From Raillietiella orientalis (Eukaryota): a stretch of DNA of 64,000 bases. The stretch is from contig JAYWIR010000055.1 in assembly GCA_036172245.1 (NCBI GenBank), forward strand, positions 496,001 to 560,000. Direction: 5' to 3'. Both the position numbers and the translations under genes were made by a program. How positions within the stretch are numbered: the stretch's first letter is position 1; each line of letters opens with the position of its first letter. Positions 23,301 through 34,674 of this stretch are shown piece by piece. The notes beneath the pieces were generated by a model, which was given only the letters and a program-made list of their open reading frames with translations, was not told the DNA's origin and ran no database searches.

Positions 23301-26252
23301 TGGAGGGGCAGCTCCGTGGGGCAGCAGCTCGGTTTCGCTTACGCTGGCAGCCGACATCCTCCATGCCATGGTCTCCCGGGGATATTACTGTGTTTGAGAC
23401 CAACGGTTTGAAAAAAAAACACGAACTTCGCAACGAAAATCAACATGACATCAATTTTAGGTGCAACGGCAGTGACTTAATAGCTTCCCCTACTACTGTC
23501 ATACACATACACACCGTCTATACCTATGCAGCTCACTTTTATTACAGAATGAATGCATGTTGGCTTACTTTCAAAGGGGAAAAGCCATGCTCCAAGGCGG
23601 CATCGATGGATTCCATGACAGATTTCCAGCCTCTTCTTCGTGTAATCTGCTCAAATTTATCCGCTTTCAAAGTGTCGAGGCTAACATTAATTTGATTGAG
23701 ACCTGCTGATCGCAACGGCAGCAGTTTTTTCTTTAATGCAAGGCCATTCGTTGTTAATGCTTTATGTTTAAGACCTGGGATCGTTTTGAAATTTTCTGGA
23801 ATTATAAATCGTATACAATCATCATAATTAAAAAAAAAAAAAAAAAAAAAAAAGGGAGTTGTGAATGTATCGATCTATCTTCAACCAATAACAGCAACAA
23901 CAGTTGAAATAACAGTGCTGAGCACATGTAAAATCCGCATGCTGTTATACAAATTCAATTTAATACTATATGAATTTTGATATGACGTCATTTTTCCTTC
24001 ATCATGCAATTTAGTTTTGCATCACTGTTAAAGAGTCTGAACCCGTAAGTAGTACTGAAAAGCGGGAAATACAAGCAGGAAGAAGGGCTTATTGGGAAAG
24101 AACACTGAACCTAACACGCATACTAAGTGTTATTAAGCTTCACCCTGTTTGGAATACTAGCATATTAACTTGGAACATGGCAATTCCTCACAAATATCCA
24201 AACTGGGTATCGACATAACTGCATTCCTTATATGCAGGACAGTATTTTTAACTTAAAAACGTGGAGAACTGGGGCAATTGCAATCAGCATCTTCTTTTGC
24301 AATGAGCTTTTTGTGTAAGAATGAACAAAACAAACACATATCAAAGCAACTGACCTAAAAGTTCCACAATGTAGGGATACACCAGAGGCTCACCACCAGT
24401 GAGTCTCACCTTTTCAACTCCCATCTTCACAAACAATGCAGTTAAATATAAGATTTCTTCCATAGTTAATAATTTGTTGCGAGCTGTAAGGCAAACACCT
24501 TCAGCAGGCATGCAATAAAGACCTTAAAAGAAATGCATATTAATGTTAATGCTATAAATAATAAAGAGTTTGATATCACTTATGGTTATGCTCATTACTA
24601 TAACAGACAAATGTTTCAAAAATAATTGAATTACTAATCTGAGAACTTTATAATTGAAAATGAAATGCTGTTTGCAGTGCACATCTTTCTTCCTGAGCAT
24701 GTAATATGCATGAAAATAAATTATCATGATATACAGCCAGCATAAGAAGGCAATCAAGCAATACTTGCTTAAGCAATGGACCAAAAGGTACTGCATGTGT
24801 GGCAAATTTAGACTTTATCACATCAGTACAAAAAACAGAAACAAATATGTATCTTCATCTATGGAATACTATCACAGCACATGTATTAATGAAAAAAAAA
24901 TCACACTATTACACGCATGTCAACAATCTTTATTGGTACGCTCTAATTTAGGCATGTCCAAAAAAGCTCACATCGTAAATTGCAACGCTCCGTGAGAGAA
25001 ATTCTCAGGTACGTATGTTTCCGTCCCCATGAATCTATTAAAGAATCATCAGGTGCACATCCTTCCTTGCAAGTACATGAATGGCAACATAAACGACAAT
25101 TCTAAAATGAGAAATCGAAAATCAATATTTACTTGGTATTTTAGCACAAAATCAACAAAAAATGAAAATAAGCAATAATTCCAAATTACGCAATTTTTTT
25201 TTTTGCAGTCACTCCAATATCCCAAATATCATTAACTATGCCTTTAAATCAGAAATGCAAACGGACATTCATGCTGTGTAGAAATGTTTGGCCCCCATTA
25301 TCAGGTTTATGCTGCTGTCTAAAAAAGTACGGCTGCAAACAACTTCAAAGGTTTCACAATGCATTTGCACCTCTTTCAGTGTGTACCTCTTTCAGTGTTT
25401 TTCAATTTACAGATTTAACGACTATTGAGGTTTCATTATGGACACTTTGAAATAATAACATTCTAGAGATTACACAAATGATATGCTGTCAAAACTTAAT
25501 AGAATGCAGACACACTGAATCAGACAGATGCATTCAGTTATATTCTCCTAATCAAATAGCGGTTCCAAGTACTATTGATACGCGCATAAGATGTAGCCCA
25601 TTTTTCTGAAACCTCCTACACATGGCAACAGGGGAGTATCATTGTAATAATTATGAAATAATGGCTGACCCCAGAGCAAAATATCAAAATTTTCAGCTTG
25701 CATCAGCATCCCAATGCAAGTTAAAATTAACTAGGAATCTGCCATTCTACGAAGAAAAAAGAAAACAGGCTTTCTCTACTTTTGACTGTAGAACTTCGTT
25801 ACAAAAATGAGAACTTGCAGCTGACCACAAAAATTTCTGAAATTAATACCGAAATGAATGTACAAGCGTATTGCTGGAGGTTTCGGATTTATGCTCTACT
25901 TCCAAATGAAACAGTCAAAAACTACTTCTATCTCAGCTCCAAAAATAACAAATAAACCATTTCATTTTTGCTGTTTCATCACCCAAATGGATTCAAGTTA
26001 CGTTTGGCAAAAATGTATAAACAAGGCACAATAAACAACATCACGTTACGCGAATACAAACATAAGGTGACTTGAAGTCAATGAAACTCATTTCACTATC
26101 AGTGAAATTGTCAGTCCATATGAGTATGATCCCCTTACACATTCCTCATTGCATTCAAATTGCACCATTAGCGTACTTACGTTCGCTCTCACGAATTTTC
26201 CACAAAAATTTGAGCCCACTACAAACAATTCTTTGAGGTGAGTGTATAACAT
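20399..26252 (-). CDS. MOCS1: MOCS1A (MoaA-like radical-SAM GTP 3',8-cyclase), 369 aa; complement join(26181..26252,24972..25101,24355..24522,23569..23795,21291..21515,21072..21217,20515..20600,20399..20454)
   Basis: [19 protein letters not shown] (CX3CX2C), [56 protein letters not shown] (CX2CX13C), terminal [12 protein letters not shown]. All introns are GT-AG and exon lengths sum to 1110 nt. The first exon (26181-26252) is inferred only from ATG, GTAAGT donor and phase. Confidence 0.93.
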
Positions 26253-26729
26253 TGTCTTCAAATAACAAAAAAAAAAAAAAGGAATCCCTACATCTCCAAG
26301 TATTACAAATCAGCAACCCATATTTTTCAATCTTATCATCCCGAAGTTCACGTGAGGATTAACCAAATCTTAAAGCCAAATACTCAGATACCATTGCCAC
26401 ATTAGAAAATACCAATCTCAGATTTTACAATCTCAATATTCATCACGGATGTTAACAAACCCTGAAAACTCAAAAGTTGCAGTTCCATATTACATTTCGA
26501 AATTCCTTACATGTGTTTTTCTTAATACTGAATCCATATGCTTAATTGTAAACATTTATCAAGCTGATAACAGTAATTACGGCTACTTTTGAAATATTGC
26601 TCTATTACCTCAAATCCGTGTGGATAATAATTTCCTTTTTTTTTTTTTGGCTGTCCTTCTTTGAGCCATGTTTTACAGTTTAATTTTTTTATTCCACATA
26701 TATATTATCATTTTGATCATTAGAGTCTA

Positions 26730-29040
26730 ATGTTCTTTCCTCGCTCCAGACTACTTGTCTCACGAAATGGAACTTGAAATTCCTGCAAACTCAATAATTG
26801 CAAACGTGAACTCTTGTGTTCAAAACCACGGAAATCATTAAAAATAATTTCACACGTTGTAATTTCATGCATATATTGAAATATTTAGCCGATGATTTTT
26901 ATTTTCTCTTAAAAACAAAAACTGATTTCATTCAGTGTTTCAATATTGCATAAGACAAGGACCTCATTTAAAATATTGTTTTCATGAGAGAAAGTTCGTT
27001 TCATAAGCATGTTTTCTTGTTTAATGAAGTCAGTTCTTGTGCAGATAGATAAAATAATCGATAAGGATAAATAATTTACTTCTTTTTGATATTTCTTCTC
27101 AACTTGAATATTGCAATTTGGATGTGGGATTTACTAGATTTCATGCGATTGCAACAGAAAGGTCAAGTAATCTTCGGGCTGACATTTATTGCCAAGATTT
27201 CGAAATCTTCATATTATTCATTTCTTTTTTTGAGGTTATGTTGAGAATAGAACTCATTGCAAGTCTTACATGGGTGAAGATTGTTTGGGAATTTTTGAGG
27301 AAGGTATTTTAGGAATTGACGTCCTCTCAATAAATGAATTCATCATTTGAGACCAGAAAAATCCACTTAGGTAATTGTGATGAAAGGAGAAACCTAGGAA
27401 CAACCAGGAAAACCGAAAACCTCATTCAATCTTAAATTTCTGGAAGATTCTTGTAGACTTCTTAAGAAATTCCAAAAAACAATGATTGCATGAACATATT
27501 CTCATCTGCATTCATTAACTTATTTTCCATCTTAAAAGCATTTTTTCCCTTGGTTCATCTGATTTTTCATTAGCAAACAAAACGTTTGCTGTTCATGAAA
27601 TATTTTCTTCGTTTTCTTACTCAGACTCTAGCATGAACTCGTTTGTAGAAATTGTAGCTTTTTGAAGCTTATGTTCCTTGTATATTTGAATTTCAAATGT
27701 TCTATTAAGCAAGCAGCAGAACTTTATTCTTCCACTGGAAATGAAATCAAAACTTCATTTCCGACGAAAATGCATATATTATACTCACATTGATTATGAT
27801 TAGATGTATCGAAAGTCGCTCTCAGATCTTGGGTAAAGTTCATAAATGTATTTTATAATGTAATTTAAAAACCAAGCAGTGGGAAATAATGCATATGGCT
27901 TAAATTTCCACCTATGTCTTCATTATATAATCCAGTTGTTAGTATTGAAATGTTTGCAAGAATGGAAGCTTGTTAAAACGATGGATAGGGAGAAACAACA
28001 GCATACAAATCTCAGAGCTGCAGGAAAATAACATGCATATCACCTTGAGAAATCAAAATAAATGTGAGAATTATTTTTTCTATCAACCTTCTCAAGTTTT
28101 ATAATGAAACAGGGCTTTTGTTTATCTATCTCTTTATAGCGTTTCATATAACTTCCACGTAAGTGAACTCTCAGTGTTCACATATATGAAAAAGTGTTTG
28201 TAAATATAAGTGTAATCCTTTTATTTCACTCTCAAACTGCATGCCGAATTTACCATTTCCCTGTTTGTCATTATTTCATTTAAAGGCACACGTTGTACGT
28301 TCCAGAAGACTTTACTAACGGCTGCAGGCTTCAATCTGCATGACAGCCCAAAATGAGATCTCGTCATTTGTAAATGCCTTTTGAGATCGCAAAAGTTGGA
28401 AAATGGAAGAAAGGTTGAAGGCAGACTGAGAGTCGAAAGCTGCCACAGGAACCCTTTACGACCCTGGGGGCTCGTGTGTCTGTCAAAGGAATAGGCAGCG
28501 AGCCACAACTCTGTGCAGAATGAATGCCAAATCTCCATCCAAAATTTATAACAGCCAATCTCTTTCTTTCCTTTTTTACCTTCTATGAAAATGTCCTGCA
28601 ATTTCGACGACCCATCTAGGAGTTTAGTTCGATATGGCGGTAGTGAGCGTGGACTCTAAGGATGTTTGACTGAAGACAGAAAAATAAATTCCTTTTGTTT
28701 TGTTGAATAATAGCTGCACTCAAAGAGCGTATTGTAAATAGAAGGGGGAAAAAATACAAACACTTATTTCTTATTTGGATCATATTTCCAAAAAATGTTA
28801 ACAAAATCGAAGTTTGAAAAACTCTCTAATAGATTTTTTCTTTGAATTCGGACTACAGGTTCTCCATGGATGGCTGCGAGGGGATTTTGACTGCAACGTC
28901 CGGCACGAGAGCTTGAACTTCACGTGGTAAGGAGTCATAAGCTGACCTCGTGTTTGACGATTTCTCTCAAAGGGAGCAATAGAAACATGGTCCATTTAAA
29001 CTTGGTCTATTACACCCATAAATTTTTTTGCGTTAGAAGG
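26730..29040 (-). pseudogene. Probable heavily decayed NACHT-NTPase (NLR-like) coding relic
   Basis: Frameshifted motifs in NACHT order: AAIHGEP (~28870, Walker A-like), FDFVNIF, ILDGD (~28540, Walker B-like), KAFTNDEI, EIMTNREMVNSAC, YTYIYKHF, FLQTFQY (~27950, FxHxxFQE-like). A further ~190-codon frame at 27300-26730 has only five stops despite high AT. Confidence 0.4.
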
Positions 29041-30059
29041 TCTTTTTTCATCACATCAGATTGCTGATATTTAAAAATGCTTATTTTGTTCAGGCTGACA
29101 GACAGATTCCCAGCCTGACTAATTTGACTTTTGGCGTTGGTGGTTGGCCATCCTCGACAGGTGAATTTTGCCTATCTTTTGATCATGCACGGATCCGGCT
29201 TTAGGTCGCAGCCAACGATGGGTATTTTCTTTTTTTTTTAAACACTGATGGCCCATCACCATAACCATTGACCTTGGCTGGCTGTGCAATTCTGCCATTT
29301 TCCATTGAGTAAGCTTCTGAAGACAACACTGCATTACCACGTTTGCAACCAGCTTACAGTGCTGCTGCGAACACTCCATAAATCATGGCTGAGCTGAAAT
29401 TTTTGAAGCTATGCCGTAAATTAGCATAGCAGGAACGAGTCTGCATACTGATTTTTCCTTCTTCTCTTCTTTCCCCTCTATTTACTTCGTTGAGCTAGCA
29501 GGTGAATTTTGGAATCAGTTCGTTTTCCGCAGAGACTCGTATTTCCCTTTCGCAGGTGTTTGTGGTTTCCATAACGTCAGATTCCTCTCCGGGCAACTGC
29601 TCCACATCTGATTCCAAAATCCACCCGTACGATCGCCGGAGGGCACGACGGCCATCCCGACCACCAGGCCAGTCTGCTCCAGACGTTGGGTCCTGCGAAG
29701 TACCCACTTGGGTTGCCCAGAAGGTGTTTGCGCATTTGATTAATAGCTACACCGAGTACTCGAAGATTTTCGTTTCTCAACATCATCAACTCACGGATGA
29801 AATCTTTGCAGCTGCAGTTAAGTGTTTCCAATGGTTTCACAGTGAATGTTCACCGTACGATTGATACTTCTTTTACGCGTGTGGAAACGTCAAGAACGCA
29901 TCCGTTTGATGGAGAATTTTGGGAAATGTTCCCACCTGTTTTCCTCTACAAGTAAAGAGTTGACAAGGTTTAATGTACTTTTGTACTGGAAAAAAAAAAA
30001 TAAATCGTGAAAGTACGTGGCGTCGCGGTTATTCAAAACACGTCTTCAGCGCAGCTTAA

Positions 30060-30685
30060 CCTTTCATAAAATACTTCAAGTTCAGCGTGATCCAGAGCGG
30101 TCAGTCCGAAGACTGGACACCCCAGCAACACGCTGAATTTTCCGCAGAGAACATCCACTTCGTCAAGGAGTGCTTTATCAAGGTCACAACCCACAAAAAT
30201 CCCACGGCCCGACTACGACTACACCAGTGGCAGCTCCCCAGCATGGACATCCGCAACAACATCCCTATCCCAGGAACATTTTCTGGATGCCGGATACTGT
30301 CGACAGCACAGGGCACAACGATCTTCTCCGAATCGCCCTGGCTCCGACCAGACGCCACCCACATACGGTCCCGCAAAGGAGCGGACACCCCTACAACGAA
30401 CAACACACCCTCGTCATCGGCTTCGCAAGAGGAAACTGGGACACCGTCCGGTACGGGCTCATCGAGGGCCTTGAGAACGGCATTGCCTTCGACCTGGGAA
30501 ATATCAAGGGGCCAGCAAGTAATTCGACACACTCCACGTAACTGTACTCACAAACTGGCATATCCAAACCATCCGTAGATAGATGGGACGTCATCAACAT
30601 AAACTCAGCAGAACTAAGGGAAAAAAAAAAAACTTCCTTCATCATACTCGACGACGGAACCACGCGAAATTTACGTGCCTAAATC
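30060..30685 (+). other. Compositionally foreign, intronless decayed ORF (candidate endogenous viral element)
   Basis: A/C-rich and CpG-containing island within AT-rich DNA. Two overlapping frames (30087-30578 and 30170-30541) look like one frameshifted protein. Identity not established. Confidence 0.3.
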
Positions 30686-31215
30686 ATCAAGGGACTAATG
30701 ACTTGCGTCCTTTTTTGATATGAAGTCATAAAACTGCTTGCTTTTCATGCAGTAGCATTTGAGATGAAAGAAAACGATCATGGCTTATGAAACGAAACAA
30801 ACGATGTATTTACAATGGCTTCATATAAATAGATAAACAGGTTATGCATACAAGGAAATGTAGGCAGCTGCTCCTGACCACTACGAATTTGCCGTCCCAA
30901 TTGTATTGTACAAGGTTAATGTACCCATACGTATTCATCCAAATACACAGGGACTGGCATCTTGGCAGTAACTGAATTACTACCCGTGAAAAGTACAATA
31001 CTGTTACTAGGTACACTCCAATAAACGCACTAGCATACTGAAATTAAGTTTTACAACTATGACCATGTAGGGTGCATGTTCATCGAAAAGTATTCCATTC
31101 TGCTTAGTCACATATGTATGAACATGAATCATATACCTATGGAAGGTTTTTTTTTTTTTTTTATCTTCAGCTTGCAACTTATGACTTGAAATGAACTGAA
31201 GGAACTCTTCAGGTT

Positions 31216-33327
31216 TCAAAAAGTTTCAGGTTCTTCAATATCTGTATCTGCATCATAAATTGGATCATAAGATGGATCATCAGAGGCATCCTCTAGCAAA
31301 GCTCTGGTAAAGTTACTCGAGTGAAACGTTCCTGAAATAATTTCTTACTTTTCAATTTCATCTTCTGTATCTTCATCTGAAGATAAAGCATTTTTCAGCT
31401 GTTTGGTTTTTGACGGTGGCATGTTATCATTTTCCTTTGTCAAAGGGTGATCATTGGAGTAAATTTCTTCTTCACTATCTTCACCACCACCATCAGCACC
31501 AAGTAAAAACCTACTTAACTACAAGAATGATGCTGAACAGAGTTAAGCGGAACCACCTTTTGCAGGGATGGCGAACACGATCAGCATAACATTTTAATAT
31601 CCATTCTTTGCTGATCACAACAACATTCTTTGCCCTAGCTTGAAGGAACTTGGGAGTATTCACTACCGCACATCTGAAAAATCGATGCAACTAGAATCAA
31701 ATTCTTCACAGGATGCTACTTTCCTGAACTTACATTAAGTGTGTACAGTCATCACTGAGATCTGGTCTGTACTGAGCTCCCATTTGCATGGCTTTTTGCC
31801 GCAACTCCCCACGGAGAGGATTCACAAACCCACTAATACTGAACACAACTCCTGAAAACAACTGATTGAAGGGTAAAGACTTCAGGTGACTAGTCTTCCT
31901 GTTTCCCACTGAATTAGATGCTTTGAATGGAGTTGCCTGATATGAATTTTTAACAGAAGAACTAGTAGCACTTGCATGGTTAACAACCATGGGATTGTGT
32001 GAATGCACACTTTTGTTAGTTGATTTGGGAAAGGAGGATACAGCACCCATCTGTTTCGTCCTTTCTGGAGTGCTACTTGTGATTATATGTTGTGCAGAAG
32101 GAAATGCTGCTTTTCCAATTCCACTCTTTGCAGTATTCTGCACAAGACTAGTGTTGGCAACTTGTTTGGCTGTCTGTGTTGCATTTGAATTTATACATTT
32201 TGGACTTTTAGCTACAGGTTCTGGCAAGGTAGTATTAGAATGATGCTTTTTGTCTGAAGATTTTTGAGGTTCTGGGCATGCATATTCTTTGAAACAGAGA
32301 CTTTTGAAACATCAGCACTAGCTTTACCTTCCGTGGATGCTCTTTTCATTTTGGTAAAGTATGATCCAACTTGAAGGGGCACAGAGTCAGTTTCTTCTCG
32401 AATAGTGAATCCTCCAATTTTCATTGGAGATTCAGATGCAAGAAGAGGATTTTTTTCTAATGGTCCTTCAATTCGGATAAATGATAAACCAAATTGAATG
32501 TGTTTGTTGAATGGCTGAGAACATACTATCTTGACCAAATCCCATTTCTCTTCACATACTGGTAGCAGTAGTTTGTCCTGACCAAAAATACGAACCCTAT
32601 TTAATGAGCTATTATTCCGAGATTCAATAGGTGTCATGAAGGAAGAGCCAGGAAGAATGGTCTAAAATGAAATTTCACTGAACACAAACTGCTGTGTGAT
32701 CAGATTCATACTTGATAGCTGACAGAACCATCTCCACCTGAGCGACCAACTTGTACTTCTATAAAAGCAGAACCTTCGTTGCCAACTTCCAAGGAACAAA
32801 TCTTGGATGTCTTCCTCAGCTGCAGAATGACATACTCAACATTGGATGCAGGTAGATTACATTTCCATTTTTGAAAGGACCCTTTTAACAAGTTTTCTGC
32901 TGGAAATTTCTTGACAAATTTCCAATTAATTTACTTGCCATAAAGTAATTTGCTTACAAGTAAAACCACTATTAACTGTCGTATCATATCCACTTATCAA
33001 AAAATAGCTACCATTATTATCTGATTATGATTACAATCTCCCTACATTAGTGTAATAATAAAACACCTCAAAGTTCTTGAACACATAAGTACTGACTTGA
33101 GTCACCAAGGACCATGCACACCTATATCACAAAGTAATTTCTTATGCTCAGGCTTATCTGCACTTTTAATTAGATCATGCTATCATCTAAGCATATTTTT
33201 TCTGTACAAACAACAAATGCGCAATTACAATAAGCATGCATTCTTTAGACAATTTTGTATAAAACGTATTACGTACTGGATCTTCACTGCTGAAGCTAAC
33301 AACATGCTTGAATTCCAAAAACACCAT
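31216..33327 (-). CDS. XRCC1: DNA repair scaffold XRCC1, 478 aa (NTD + BRCT1 + acidic tail); complement join(33277..33327,32712..32909,32328..32661,31734..32220,31557..31673,31349..31510,31216..31303)
   Basis: FKHVVSFSSEDPKFPAENLLK, VILQL, EVGNEGSAFIEV, SSFMTPIESR, NRVRIFG, KWDLVKIVCSQPFNK...FGLSF (NTD). LFSGVVFSISGFVNPLRGELRQKA...GAQYRPD...CTHLICAVVNTPKF...KEWI (BRCT1). Tail has DEDTEDE and YDADTD. All introns GT-AG, total 1437 nt. Confidence 0.93.
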
Positions 33328-34674
33328 TTTTTTGAGCACAATAAATAGTCACATTTTTTATAATCACGTAAAATGCTTCTTACAACAATATGAATCTAAC
33401 TGAAAACATGCATATCAGTATTATTTCATTCCAAAACACAGCAGCACATGATAGATGTACTGAACTTCAGATTATTCAATTAAACCCATTCCCTTTGCTT
33501 AACTGTGAACTATCATGCGATGAACTCAACGATCAACATTTTACTGATGTGGTTCTACTTTCGAGAGAGACTTCGCAGTTTGAATGCAAGGTTTTCCCTT
33601 TCTAAACAACGATGCACGATTGCCACATTGTCTCAAGCAAAAATTGCACCATAATTGCTGATTACTTCCAGTATTAGACGCGAGTTGTCGAAACTCAAGA
33701 AATATGAATGCACCATTATTTTCTCCATAGATTCCACTTGAAATGAAAAAAGGCTTGGAAAAGATCGTCGATGCATAGAATGCAGACAGTTAAATTGCAA
33801 TGTAAGTTCTTGACCAAAATCAGTGGCAGATTTTAGGTACGATCACTTCATTTTCAACATGTAAAACAGTGGATTAGTGAAATTGCAGTTCCAGCGGATT
33901 ATTCGAATTATTTGGAACTGTAACCTTTCTTCTTGTTGATGCACAACGAAACAGCATGAACGAAAATCGTTGCTTTAGTTGAGAGAAAAAGCAAAAAATG
34001 CCTTTAATGCCCAGGGACATCTTAGGTTGAACTCCATGTGGTTTTTGAAAGCATCTGGCCTATTCGGAAACGACGTGCACTCGCAGTTTTGAAAAACACT
34101 CAGGCTTGCATCTCATTTAGCAGTCCATATTGTGCTTCTAGCTTGAAGAACTAGATGATGAGCTTTGCTCAAAATGAGATAAGATACTTGTTTTTCTATT
34201 TGATGATCTCGTTTCCAAATGATTGATTCATAAGTTTTGCTGATTTTTGGTCACAATTAGACGCATTTATTCGTTCTCTCTGCTTTCGAGGAGAAAAGGG
34301 TCGTCTAGACTGACCTTTATTTTATTGCCTTTATGCATGATATGATTGAGAGAACACAGGAATTCTACATAACAATGGAGGTGATATTCAGTCGACACGA
34401 AGCAATCCCAAATCAGTTTTGGTAAGGCCATGTTTGTCTGCATCAGTCTTCAGACTTCTCTGTGATCATGGAGGAGGAATCGGTGTTACCACGGTCGCGT
34501 TAACTGGAACGAAAGCAACAGATGAAGGCTAAGATTGATACAGTTCCATGACAACGAATGCAACACGAGGAGGTGATGGAAAATTTGAGGCTTCGTGTTT
34601 AACGTGCTCTTTTTTGTGCATAGTCACACTCGCACCACGTAGGACCCGTATTCGAAATAAATTTTAATGATGAT

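Noticed and set aside
29495..29990. Short ORFs on both strands next to the candidate viral fragment
   Set aside because: No recognisable motif; could be decayed coding DNA but cannot be assigned
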